A stretch of 64,000 nt of DNA from Candidatus Poribacteria bacterium. GTDB taxonomy: Bacteria; Poribacteria; WGA-4E; PCPOR2b. The notes beneath the pieces were generated by a model, which saw only the letters and a list, made by a program, of their open reading frames with translations, did no database searches and had not been told where the DNA came from. The number at the start of each line of letters is the position of its first letter. Position 1 is the stretch's first letter. The stretch is from assembly GCA_965208675.1 (NCBI GenBank), contig OZ242351.1:3936001-4000000 (forward strand). Reading direction: 5' to 3'. The translations under genes and the position numbers were made by a program. Shown one piece after another: positions 40,179 through 50,419 of this stretch.

Positions 40179-41330
40179 TCAAGCCAAGATTTCCTTGATT
40201 GTGTCAATAACAGCTATGATGTCCTCTTCCGTCAATCCGGGATGCATCGGCAAACTAACGACACGCTTGAAGGCTGCCTCGGCGTGGGGAAAATCACCCT
40301 TCTGATACCCGTATCTTTGCTGGTAAAATGGAAAAAGATGTAGAGGGATGTAATGGACGCCGCATTCGATTTTAGCCTCGTGCATTGCATCAATGAATTC
40401 ATCACGGCAAATCTTCAATCTTGATGTACGCAACTGGATTATGTAAAGATGCCAAGCATGGCGGCTTGCTGCCTGTTCCTTGGGCGTAATGATATTAGGA
40501 AGTTCTCGAAGTGCCGAAGTATAAATTTCGGCGTACCGGCTGCGAAGTTCACGTTGCTTCTCAATCTTTAGGAGTTGGCACAATCCCATCGCCGCCTGAA
40601 TATCGGTCATATTATATTTATAACCTTGAGAGACAACTTCGTAATACCATGTGCGCTGTTCCCGCCGTCGCGCCCACGAATCTTTACTCATTCCGTGGTA
40701 GAAACTCCGCTTAATGGCTGTCGCGAATCGATCGCTGTTGGTGGTAATCATGCCGCCTTCGCCGGTTGCTAAATTTTTATTGGCGTAAAAACTAAAGGTT
40801 GACACATTACCAATGGATCCGATGCGATGCCCATTATAATCTGCCGGGATTGCATGCGCCGCGTCGTCAATAAGCACGAGGTCGTGTTTTCGGCAAATTT
40901 GCAGAAGCCTGTCCATGTCGCAGGGCAATCCTGCAATATGCACGGGAATAATTGCTTTCGTCTGCCGCGTGATAGACGCCTCAATTGCGCCAACATCAAT
41001 GTTCAACGTTTCCGGATCAATATCAACAAAGACGGGTTTCGCACGTGTATAGCCAATTGCTTCTGCCGTCGCGGTAAAGGTGTATGGCGTTGTAATCACT
41101 TCATCCCCCTCTCCGACGTCTGCTGCAATTAGCGAAAGGTGTAATCCAGCAGTGCAAGAACTCACCGCCAACGCGTGCTTTACACCGATGTATTCAGCAA
41201 ACCGCTGTTCAAACTCCGCGGTTTTTGGTCCCGTACTGATCCATTTGGAAGCAAGTACCTCGCTCACTGCTTCGATTTCGGCTTCATCAATCCATGGACG
41301 GCATAACGGTATGAATTTGTCCGATGCCAT
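40179..41330 (-). CDS. DegT/DnrJ/EryC1/StrS aminotransferase (ArnB/PseC-like)
   Basis: VSSCTAGLH, IDDAAHA, FSFYANKNLATGEGG, GYKYNMTDIQAA. Confidence 0.93.
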   Translation of the reverse strand: MASDKFIPLCRPWIDEAEIEAVSEVLASKWISTGPKTAEFEQRFAEYIGVKHALAVSSCTAGLHLSLIAADVGEGDEVITTPYTFTATAEAIGYTRAKPVFVDIDPETLNIDVGAIEASITRQTKAIIPVHIAGLPCDMDRLLQICRKHDLVLIDDAAHAIPADYNGHRIGSIGNVSTFSFYANKNLATGEGGMITTNSDRFATAIKRSFYHGMSKDSWARRREQRTWYYEVVSQGYKYNMTDIQAAMGLCQLLKIEKQRELRSRYAEIYTSALRELPNIITPKEQAASRHAWHLYIIQLRTSRLKICRDEFIDAMHEAKIECGVHYIPLHLFPFYQQRYGYQKGDFPHAEAAFKRVVSLPMHPGLTEEDIIAVIDTIKEILA

Positions 41331-41414
41331 AGCGCTTCCTCTTAGGGAATAGTCAAATATCTGTGATTGCAGGGAATGGAAGGAGAGGAATGTACGTCTT
41401 CTGTTTATGCTGTT

Positions 41415-42128
41415 TCACGGTTGACCAATGCGCATTTGTAGGTGTTTTTTCAACTTTTCCAGCGCCTTTGCCCGGTGGCTAATCCGATTTTTAACATCCA
41501 CTCCCAACTCGGCGAAGGTTTTGTCATAACCAACCGGTACAAAAATGGGGTCATATCCAAAACCCTGCAGTCCACGCGGAGAACGAATAAGCCTTCCCTC
41601 ACAAACGCCGATGACAACGTGTGTCTGGCCGGTCGGTGCGGCGAGCGCGATTGCACATTTAAAACGCGCAGTTCGATGACTGTCGGCCACATCTTTAAGA
41701 GCGTCGAGCAGCTTTTTGATTCTTGCTGCATCGGACGCATATTCGCCGGCATATCGCGCGGTATGGATGCCGGGCGCACCGTGGAGCGCGTCTGCCTCCA
41801 GCCCCGAATCGTCGGCTAGAGCAAAATACCCCGTATGTTCAGCAAGCGCAGTTGCTTTCTTAACTGCATTTTCCTGATACGTTTCGCCATCCTCAACCAC
41901 TTCGGGCGTATCAGGTACATCATCGAGCGACAGAACATCAATCTCATTTTGATTGTTCAACCCAGTACGGCCACCCTGCGCTAACTGAGGTCGTTGTATC
42001 GCTCGATTTACATCTGAATCGAAAATCGACACTATTCCCGCCGCATCACGGGGAGAATTCATGTCGGTAAACATGGCTTGGAGTTCTCTTACTTTGCCGC
42101 GATTATGGGTCGCCAAGACTAACTTCAT
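41415..42128 (-). CDS. rdgB: XTP/dITP diphosphatase (Ham1 family) with N-terminal insertion
   Basis: [42 protein letters not shown]. Overlaps rph, as is typical. Confidence 0.93.
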   Translation of the reverse strand: MKLVLATHNRGKVRELQAMFTDMNSPRDAAGIVSIFDSDVNRAIQRPQLAQGGRTGLNNQNEIDVLSLDDVPDTPEVVEDGETYQENAVKKATALAEHTGYFALADDSGLEADALHGAPGIHTARYAGEYASDAARIKKLLDALKDVADSHRTARFKCAIALAAPTGQTHVVIGVCEGRLIRSPRGLQGFGYDPIFVPVGYDKTFAELGVDVKNRISHRAKALEKLKKHLQMRIGQP

Positions 42129-42861
42129 TTAACTTTTCTACCATCAGCCGATTTTGTAACCGGATGAGTTTTTGAATGCCATCCGTAGCAAGATCCAACA
42201 TCTCATTCGATTCTTCCCTAGAGAAAGGCGTTTCCTCTGCTGTTCCTTGGATTTCGACAAATTTCCCTTTCCCGGTCATGACAATGTTCATATCAACTGC
42301 AGCTGTTGCGTCCTCTGTATAACGAAGATCCAGCATCGGCGTGCCATCGATAATTCCAACACTAATTGCGGCCACATTTTCACGGATTGGAAGTGACTTT
42401 ATCATTTTTCGATTTACCAGTTTCTGGCAAGCATCCCACAGCGCAATAAATGCGCCGGTAATTGAGGCGGTGCGCGTCCCGCCATCGGCTTGAATCACAT
42501 CGCAATCAACCCAGATTGTCCGCTCGCCAAGTGCGCGCAAATCTACAACTGCTCGTAAGGAGCGTCCAATCAGCCGTTGAATCTCATGAGTACGGCCGCC
42601 GACCGATCCGCGGGTGACCTCACGCTGGGAACGGTCGGACGTCGAGCGCGGCAGCATTGCATATTCTGCCGTGACCCAGCCTTTCCCCTGCATCTGCTGT
42701 TCGCGCATGAAGCGGGGTTGTCGTTCGTCCACCGACGCCGTGCAAATCACTTTTGTATCTCCAATCGAGATTAAGACCGATCCTTCCGGATGTTTAATGA
42801 AATCACGAGTTATGGTAACAGGACGCATTTGATTGGGGCTGCGCGCATCTACTCTTGTCAT
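42103..42861 (-). CDS. rph: Ribonuclease PH
   Basis: [47 protein letters not shown]. Confidence 0.98.
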   Translation of the reverse strand: MTRVDARSPNQMRPVTITRDFIKHPEGSVLISIGDTKVICTASVDERQPRFMREQQMQGKGWVTAEYAMLPRSTSDRSQREVTRGSVGGRTHEIQRLIGRSLRAVVDLRALGERTIWVDCDVIQADGGTRTASITGAFIALWDACQKLVNRKMIKSLPIRENVAAISVGIIDGTPMLDLRYTEDATAAVDMNIVMTGKGKFVEIQGTAEETPFSREESNEMLDLATDGIQKLIRLQNRLMVEKLNEVSLGDP

Positions 42862-43174
42862 TTAAATTCCTCTTTCAAACTGGGAATCTTCAATCAACAC
42901 TGCACAATAATTGTTGTAAGGGTGTTCAGTCTGTTGGCACTATTTCCTGTGCTTGCGTAACAAAAAGAAAATACGACGGTAGCAAACAAGGGTGGGATCA
43001 AACTGCAGTCGGTTGGCTGCGCGGTATTATGGACTTGTCCGCTTTCAAATTCGGTCAGCGCAGGACAGTTTAAGAACAACTGAACGGCAAAATTCAAGTT
43101 GTGTGATTGCAGGCTTCTGATGGTCTGGCGGTGCACGTTAACCCAATCCACTCAATTGTGAAATCATTATGATG

Positions 43175-45625
43175 CTATTTGAGCAATATCATCCGCCTCA
43201 ACGCGGTATAATCCCCGGCATCGAGTTGGTATGGATATACGCCGCTTGTGACTATTTCACCGTCTTCGTTGCGGCCGTCCCAATATACCGCCTTTTCTCG
43301 ACTGTCGTAACTGCCCGAAATCTGGTGTCCAATTTCCATCGTACGTACTACACGGCCGCTTTGGTCATAAATGGTTAGCGTGACGAAAGCGTCGTCCTCC
43401 AACTGGTACGGTATCCATGTTTCAGGGTTGAAAGGATTGGGATAATTTTGAAGCAAGGCGGTTCGCTTAATGTCGCCTAGCGTCGTCAGGCGGTGGCCCA
43501 ATGGTTCAACCGCAACACCTTCGGGAATGATGGCTGAAGGGAGTTCCCACAGGAATACTGTGCCGTCCGAACTCCCACTTGCGAGTGTATTGCCATCGCG
43601 ACTAAAAGCGATACTACGCACCGCGCCCGCATGCCCTGCAAGTATCGCTTTTTGCTCACCAGTTCTTGCGTCCCAAAGCCGCACTGTCGACTCGTCTGTG
43701 CTTGCAGTAGCGAGCGTGTTGCCGTCGGGACTGAACGCGACACTATAGACTGAAGTCGTATGCTTCGCGAGTTTGAGTTTCTGATTCCCAGTTCTTGCAT
43801 CCCAAAGCCGAACCGACTCGTTCCAACTACCCGTGGCGAGCGTGTTGCCGTCGGGGCTGAAGGCGATGCTATAAATTGCGGATGTGTGGTTCGTAAACGT
43901 GCGCTTGAACTCCCCAGTTTTCGCATCCCAAAGCCGCACGGTTCGGTCTGTACTCCCTGTGGCGAGCGTGTTGCCGTCGGGACTGAACGCGACGCCATAA
44001 ACTGCGGACTTGTGTGCATCGAGTGTGGCTATGTGTTCCCTGGTGTTGACGTCCCAAAGCCGCGCCGTACTCCCGGTACCCCCTGCAGCGAGCGTGTTGC
44101 CGTCGGGACTGAACACGACGCTATGGACCGAGCCGTAATCTTCCGTGAGCGTGGCTATGTCCTGCCCTGTCTTGACATCCCAAAGCCGTATAGAGCGGTC
44201 TGAGCTCGCTGTAGCCAGAGTGTTACCATCGGGGCTAAACGCAACAATATAGACCGCGTGCGTGTCTCCCGTGTATATGGTTTTCTGTTGCCCTGTCCTG
44301 ACATCCCACAGCTGCACGGAGCGGTCGGAACTCCCAGTGGCGAGCGTGTTACCATCGGGGCTGAACGTAACACTGTAGATTGGAGCAGTAAAACCCGTGA
44401 TTGAAGCTTTGTGATGGCCGGTTCTTGCATCCAACAGCCGCACAGAGCGGTCGGAACTCTTTGCGGCAAGCGTGTTGCCGTTTGGATTGAACCTAACTCT
44501 ATAGGACTGGCCGCTAAATCCCGTCAATGTTGCTATGTGCTGTCCTGTGTTTACATTCCACAGCCGCGCAGTATCGTCGTTACTTTCAGTTGCGAGGGTA
44601 TTGCCATCCGGACTGAATTCTACGCGGCGGACTGTATGTGCATGCCCTGTCAGAGTTCCTAAGTGCTGCCCTGTGTTTATATTCCACAGCCGTGCGGTAT
44701 CGTCCTTACTTGCCGTGGCTAGAGTGTTGCTATCGGGGCTGAACGCAACATCAAGGACTGAGTATGCATGCCCCGTGAGCGTTGCTAAGTGTTGACCCGT
44801 GTTTACGTTCCACAGCCGTGCAGTATCGTCGTCACTTCCGGTTGCGAGAGTGTTGCCATCGGGGCTGAACACCACGCTAAGGACTGGCTGTGCGTGCCCC
44901 GTGAGCGTTGCTAAGTGTTGTCCTGTGTTTACATTCCACAGCCGCACTGTAGGATCGGCACCTCTGGTAGCAAGGGTATTGCCATTGCGGTTGAACGTGA
45001 AATATGCCCGGCCGGTATGGCCCGCGAGAGTTGCTATGGGTTGTCTTGTGTTTACATTCCATAACCGCACTGTGTGATCGGAACTGCTAGTGACGAGGGA
45101 GTTCCCGTTGGGACTAAATGCAACAGACACTGCCTCGTTATGCCCTGTGAGAGTTGCAATGTGTTGTCCCGTTCTTGTGTCCCACAGCCGCGCGGTTTTG
45201 TCCCTGCTTCCGGTAGCCAGCGTATTGCCATCAGGGCTGAACGCGACATTGAAGACCCAACCCGTATGCCCCGCGAGAGTAGCAATGTGTTGCCCTGTGT
45301 TGGCATTCCACAACCTGGCCGTTTTGTCCCGACTCGCACTAGCGACAGTGTTGCCATCGGGACTAAACGCTGCACCAAAAACTCTGGATTTATGCCCAGC
45401 GAGTAGAGCGGTCTCTTGATACGTTGCCGTATCGTAGAGCCATATTCCGGGACCGCTAACAACCGCAAACCGGGTTCCATCCGGAGAATACGAGATATTA
45501 GAAATCCACCCTTTACCGAAGCGTGCTTTGGCACCCTCAGGCAAGTTCAATTGCTGGAAACCTTGGGCGGAGGCATTCGTTGAAAACAAGGTTATAGCGA
45601 TAAACAACGTCAAGGTGTTTTTCAT
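43175..45625 (-). CDS. Secreted WD40-repeat protein with C-terminal FlgD/T9SS-A-like sorting domain
   Basis: Signal peptide; about 15 WD40 repeats (GH...VAFSPDGNTLATGS.D.TARLW); AVEPLGHRLTTLGDIK followed by LLQNYPNPFNPETWIPYQL. Confidence 0.93.
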   Translation of the reverse strand: MKNTLTLFIAITLFSTNASAQGFQQLNLPEGAKARFGKGWISNISYSPDGTRFAVVSGPGIWLYDTATYQETALLAGHKSRVFGAAFSPDGNTVASASRDKTARLWNANTGQHIATLAGHTGWVFNVAFSPDGNTLATGSRDKTARLWDTRTGQHIATLTGHNEAVSVAFSPNGNSLVTSSSDHTVRLWNVNTRQPIATLAGHTGRAYFTFNRNGNTLATRGADPTVRLWNVNTGQHLATLTGHAQPVLSVVFSPDGNTLATGSDDDTARLWNVNTGQHLATLTGHAYSVLDVAFSPDSNTLATASKDDTARLWNINTGQHLGTLTGHAHTVRRVEFSPDGNTLATESNDDTARLWNVNTGQHIATLTGFSGQSYRVRFNPNGNTLAAKSSDRSVRLLDARTGHHKASITGFTAPIYSVTFSPDGNTLATGSSDRSVQLWDVRTGQQKTIYTGDTHAVYIVAFSPDGNTLATASSDRSIRLWDVKTGQDIATLTEDYGSVHSVVFSPDGNTLAAGGTGSTARLWDVNTREHIATLDAHKSAVYGVAFSPDGNTLATGSTDRTVRLWDAKTGEFKRTFTNHTSAIYSIAFSPDGNTLATGSWNESVRLWDARTGNQKLKLAKHTTSVYSVAFSPDGNTLATASTDESTVRLWDARTGEQKAILAGHAGAVRSIAFSRDGNTLASGSSDGTVFLWELPSAIIPEGVAVEPLGHRLTTLGDIKRTALLQNYPNPFNPETWIPYQLEDDAFVTLTIYDQSGRVVRTMEIGHQISGSYDSREKAVYWDGRNEDGEIVTSGVYPYQLDAGDYTALRRMILLK

Positions 45626-45932
45626 GGATAGTTCTCCAATTTGGAAAGTTGGCTGCCATCTGTTGCATGTGAAGTTTCTTCAGAAAAATTCGTGCAGACA
45701 GTTGGAAATGAATTTCCTACCTCGACAAAACGTTCCTAATAGTCCTCCGATATTGCGGCATGTAATTCATTATAGGACCAAAAAACGGGCGCAGGTTTTG
45801 TGATTCAACGCAAACGGGATGCAACTATGGGCGGATTACATCTACCAAGCCATCACAATTCATTGCAAAACTACCAAAAGTAATGTACATTTCTCGCGTT
45901 TCTCGGAAATAACCGATGTGGCAAACCCTCGA

Positions 45933-46574
45933 TTACCGGCTTCTAACCATAACTTGGGAGGCGTGAGTTGCGGTGAGGTATTTTGACAAAACGGAACGCA
46001 CCTTTACGTCGGTATACGCTAACCCCGGTGCAACTAGTAAACATTTACCAGATGCCCACTTACTTTCGAAATCAGAATAGTCTTCCCGCCTTGGCCTGAG
46101 ACGCTTTGGATCCGTTGTCCGTGAAGGCGCGTTCGCTATATTTGTCAGTTGAATTTCCTCGACATCATCGTCGTAACCAATGAGTACCCACGGCTGTCGT
46201 TCACTTCGTAACAACACCACCGGTGTCCAGCCAGCCGCAACAAATCCCTTCAAAATATCCAAATCGCAATTGGATACCAGACTGAGATTATCAACTTGGC
46301 TTTTTGCCCTCGCAAACAGATCGTCAATGCGGGAAGTGGCAGGTGGGTTCCTGAAAACAGTTTTTAACAACGGCATCCTTACAAGTTCCACTACTGCCGT
46401 CCGAGGCAATGATGTACTTGACGACGCCTGTGAACTTTTTGATACGGGGGTTTTCGACGCCGTAGGCGATGCGGTCGGGATATACCTGGCGCCTTTCTGC
46501 GGTGCTGGGCCGCACCCGGCTAGTAAGATACTTAACGTAAGAATTGACGTAAGATAAACAAATCGAAATTTCAT
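45933..46574 (-). CDS. Lipoprotein with possible degenerate C39-like fold
   Basis: Lipobox LAGC; 'LKGFVAAGWTPVVLL...WVLIGYDD...FESKW' resembles C39-like peptidases, but no catalytic Cys/His is evident. Confidence 0.5.
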   Translation of the reverse strand: MKFRFVYLTSILTLSILLAGCGPAPQKGARYIPTASPTASKTPVSKSSQASSSTSLPRTAVVELVRMPLLKTVFRNPPATSRIDDLFARAKSQVDNLSLVSNCDLDILKGFVAAGWTPVVLLRSERQPWVLIGYDDDVEEIQLTNIANAPSRTTDPKRLRPRREDYSDFESKWASGKCLLVAPGLAYTDVKVRSVLSKYLTATHASQVMVRSR

Positions 46575-47199
46575 GATTCTCTCCTCTCGGTGTTGGATGG
46601 CCGGCATGGCCGCGTTTGAGAATGATACGCAGCTAGCCGGCGCGTGAACATTTCAATTTGCACAATTCACTTTCCGATTTGTTTTCACCGCTGGTGGGGT
46701 GAAACGGCCAACTCTTCCCCCAGATTCCGATGCTGGGTTTGCCGCCAACATGCGGTGGAAAACGTGTACAGAGCAACATGAAACAGACAAAACGGTTTTG
46801 GCGAAGTGTCATCTTTCACAATAGCTGGGCATGCCGTAAAATCGAAGCCAACCTAGTCGCCGTGCTTCACGTTAAAATTTCTCTGCCTCGTTAGGGTTCT
46901 ATCAACTTTCAGTTTCCCAAGAATGATGACCCTACCAATAAATATATCACCCTGTGGATGACGATGTCAACCTAAAACCCGACGCTGATGTGGGTTAGGA
47001 TTATTTTCTGTGGTACCATTGAATATTCGGTGTCCTGAATGTGGCCGCATCCAGCATTAAAGCGTCAAAGCCTAACACATTTTTGGTTTTACCTCTCGAC
47101 AATTGTGGGTCTTTTTCACGAAGATATGCGAATTTAAATGGAACTGTCGGGGTGGATAATACCAAGTTTAAATTCAATCTGGCGGACTGTGTGGTGGAT

Positions 47200-48348
47200 T
47201 CATTCAGGATCTCTGACATAAACACGCCGCACGCGGTTGCCAATTCCCGTTAAAATCTCATAAGAAATTGTCCCAGCCCGCGCGGCGACTTGGTCGGCGG
47301 TTATCTCTTCAGTGCCTTGAATTCCAATCAGTACCGCTTCATCTCCGATAGACACGTTACCGGGCGAATCAATTTCAAATACGGTTTCATCCATGCAGAT
47401 TTCCCCCGCACTTCGTCTGCGGATGCCGCCGATTAGGGCTTCTCCTAGGTTGGACAATGACCGCGTATAACCATCGGCATATCCAACTCGTAAAGTCGCG
47501 AGCCGCATCGGCCGGCTGGTTTTGTAAGTACGTCCATAGCCTACACTTTCACCGGGGCCCGCCTCCTGCACGTGCATGACACGCGACTTCCAGGTCAGCG
47601 ACGGTCTCAGGCAAGTCGCACGCGGCGCACCTGTAACGGTGTGGTCAGGTATGGGATAAATTCCATATAAACTCAAGCCGACGCGCACAGCATCAAAATG
47701 AGCGTCAGGAAGCTTCAGTGTAGCCGCGCTGTTGGCGGCATGTACCATCGGGGGACGAAGATTGAGCTGAGAGAGTTCGTAGATCACGGACTTAAAGCGG
47801 TCCAATTGCAAGTGTGAATAGCTTATGTCCGTTTCGCCGGCTGTCGCAAAATGTGTGAAGAGTCCCTCAACCACAATGCCGCTTAGCGATGTTAGCCATT
47901 GGACAAAACGAGCAGCGTCCGTATATCGTACCCCGCCGCGATTCATGCCCGTGTCCACATCGACATGCACCCTAACGTTCTGGTTCAATGTTCGTGCAAA
48001 ATAAAACAATTTTTTGCAAAGAGTAGATTCACACACGGAAGGTATGAGTTGATACCGGACAATTGCCTCAGCTTCATCGGCGGCAGCGTTGAAAAGCACG
48101 AGAATCGGTTTCTCGATGCCGGCATCACGCAACTCAATCGCCTCTTCAACCGTTGCAACGGCAAACATCTCTGTTTCGTCCCGTAGCGTCTGAGCAACAG
48201 GAATTGCCCCGTGCCCATACGCATCCGCTTTGAGGACGGCAATTAACTTTACCGCGGAAGAGATTTCGCCGCTGCGCCGGATGAATTTTTGAATTGCCTG
48301 TGCATTCGATTTAATCGCTGTGAGATTTACTTCAACCCATGTTGTCAT
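47200..48348 (-). CDS. alr: Alanine racemase
   Basis: AVLKADAYGHG, DTGMNRGG, HAANSA, VGYG, GYADG, CMD, TISYE. Confidence 0.97.
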   Translation of the reverse strand: MTTWVEVNLTAIKSNAQAIQKFIRRSGEISSAVKLIAVLKADAYGHGAIPVAQTLRDETEMFAVATVEEAIELRDAGIEKPILVLFNAAADEAEAIVRYQLIPSVCESTLCKKLFYFARTLNQNVRVHVDVDTGMNRGGVRYTDAARFVQWLTSLSGIVVEGLFTHFATAGETDISYSHLQLDRFKSVIYELSQLNLRPPMVHAANSAATLKLPDAHFDAVRVGLSLYGIYPIPDHTVTGAPRATCLRPSLTWKSRVMHVQEAGPGESVGYGRTYKTSRPMRLATLRVGYADGYTRSLSNLGEALIGGIRRRSAGEICMDETVFEIDSPGNVSIGDEAVLIGIQGTEEITADQVAARAGTISYEILTGIGNRVRRVYVRDPE

Positions 48349-48729
48349 TGGCGGGAGTTCAAATTCGCAATCAAAGGGTGGAGTGTGGACGACTGTGGTC
48401 GCAGAGGTCTCGCTCGCTATAGTGGCGCGCAGTGCAAGTCTATCACGTGCCGCGGGAACGGGTCAACCGTTTATTCAATGATAAAATAGTTCACGCGCTG
48501 AACGGCAACACGCCGAGGTATCAATGACAGCGGCAACTGTTGATACTCGCAACAGGGAATCGGCTTCAGCCGTGTCTCTGGTAAAAAATCTGTTTGAAAA
48601 GGTACGTCACATCTTTCCCATAATGCCAAGGGAACCATTTATGATTTTTCATTGAATCCTCATACAATTTTACATACAATCATAACGAACGAATTTACAA
48701 AGAGAGTTTGCAAAAATAGGCTTTAATTC

Positions 48730-49656
48730 TTGAACCGCGCGGATTACAGTTCCGGCGCTTTCGTCAATGGTTATCCGCGCCGCGATAAAATACAACTTAT
48801 CCGGCTTCACGGGAACTTCATTATGTCGCTAATTCTAGTCTCCGTGTGCATTATTTTCCTCGGTTGCCAGCCCGCTGATGAGGGTAGTCAGAAAATAGAG
48901 AAACTGAAGCGTGAGGCGATACAGATTCAGTTAGGGCTGAAACTTACGCCGGAAGATGTGCACGGGCACCTTCAGCTCGGTGCTGTCTATCACAAGATGG
49001 GCGAACACGAGAAAGCCATTGAGGAATACCAAAATGCGCTGCGGTTTGACGAGCAGAACGCGCAAGCCCAGAATAATCTAGCCTTGGTTTACATGGACAT
49101 GTTCTTGACAGAGGCAGCTATCGAAGCGTTTCAGAAAGCTATAGAATTGGAGGGGGATAACCCCGCATTTTACAACAACCTCGGTTACGCTCATGATGCC
49201 GACAATCGCTTTGAAAAGGCGGTTGAGGCGTATAAAATGGCAATCGAGTTGGACCCGAAGTTCCAAGATGCCTATTATAACCTAGCATGGGCTTACCACG
49301 CCGAAGCGCAATTTGACGAGGCAATAAGATATTATCAAGGCGCAATCAAGTTGGATACAGGTGATTCGGATGCTCGCTACAATCTCGCTGAAATTTACCA
49401 CGAAACCGGACAACTGAATTTGGCAATTCGTGAGTATGAGCACGTGTTGTCGTTCAGTCCGGATGATCCGGACATTCTTTATCAACTCGCGGCGGTGTAT
49501 CAGAAAAAAGGAGACATCCTAAAAATGAAAAAATATTTGAATCTCTTTTTAGAATATACTGTAGGAATGCCAGATTATGAAGAAAATATCAAGAACGCTT
49601 TACAGATGAAAGAAGCACTAGAGGCAGATAACACCGAAATACAAGTCAATAAGTAA
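48730..49656 (+). CDS. Tetratricopeptide-repeat (lipo)protein
   Basis: About 6 TPRs (NNLA/NNLG/YNLA); possible lipobox FLGC. The true start is probably downstream of 48730. Confidence 0.85.
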   Translation: MNRADYSSGAFVNGYPRRDKIQLIRLHGNFIMSLILVSVCIIFLGCQPADEGSQKIEKLKREAIQIQLGLKLTPEDVHGHLQLGAVYHKMGEHEKAIEEYQNALRFDEQNAQAQNNLALVYMDMFLTEAAIEAFQKAIELEGDNPAFYNNLGYAHDADNRFEKAVEAYKMAIELDPKFQDAYYNLAWAYHAEAQFDEAIRYYQGAIKLDTGDSDARYNLAEIYHETGQLNLAIREYEHVLSFSPDDPDILYQLAAVYQKKGDILKMKKYLNLFLEYTVGMPDYEENIKNALQMKEALEADNTEIQVNK

Positions 49657-49800
49657 TTCGGGATTTTTCAATCAACGTATCGAATTTTAGAAGGCGGGAG
49701 GTTGACAGGAATTCAACCCCGTGATATAATTTTCTTGTCAATTTGGAATATCCTTCGACGGTTAGCCGATGAAGTCATCTTTCAAATTACGTGAGGTGGT

Positions 49801-50325
49801 ATGTCTCAAAAAAAACCTATCTTTCTTACCATAAGCCAAATTGTGTTGGGTAGTGCCATCGGTTTAGCAAGCGGTTGGGTCTGCCGATTCATTGTAGAAT
49901 CATTAATCTGGGAAGGACTGATTCGCGATGGCGTGCAGCACGGTTTCTGGGTCGGTGTGCTCCTGCTAATCTCCTTTGGGCTCACTTACGGGTGCACTAT
50001 CGCCGGGGTGACTGAAGGTGTTCGGATAGCCGGCCGCTGGTTTGATGTTCTCATAGATCGCAAAAACGCCTATCAAGGGGCGTTCCTCGGGGCGCCTGCA
50101 ATCGTGGCGTTAATGTTGTTGCTTGATATCCATTGGGATATGTTAATCGCCCCCAATTTCCTTGTCTCCCTCCTTTTCGCTGTGGCAAGGGTACTTGTGT
50201 TCATAATATCCCTTCCGATTTACATATTGCTCGAATGGGTGAAATGTCCCCCGGAACTGCTTTACATCTTAGCGCCGCCAATTGGGGCAATTCTAGGTTA
50301 CCGTCTCGATTTGAAACGCACATAA
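49801..50325 (+). CDS. Hypothetical integral membrane protein
   Basis: RBS GAGGTG; 4-5 hydrophobic helices. Confidence 0.7.
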   Translation: MSQKKPIFLTISQIVLGSAIGLASGWVCRFIVESLIWEGLIRDGVQHGFWVGVLLLISFGLTYGCTIAGVTEGVRIAGRWFDVLIDRKNAYQGAFLGAPAIVALMLLLDIHWDMLIAPNFLVSLLFAVARVLVFIISLPIYILLEWVKCPPELLYILAPPIGAILGYRLDLKRT

Positions 50326-50419
50326 ACAACGATGTTAATAGCAGAACCAACATAAACTATTCGGTTTGGTTACGATTCAATATTTGAGTCCCCGTTATGG
50401 GGCTGGAGTGTGCCAAAGT

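Noticed and set aside
43550-45420. Regular ~126-bp repeats that could suggest a CRISPR array
   Set aside because: They are in-frame WD40 coding repeats; there are no unique spacers and no cas genes.
46610-47199. Long intergenic region with possible hairpins, as a riboswitch or ncRNA
   Set aside because: No conserved family motif recognisable by eye; it needs an Rfam/Infernal scan.
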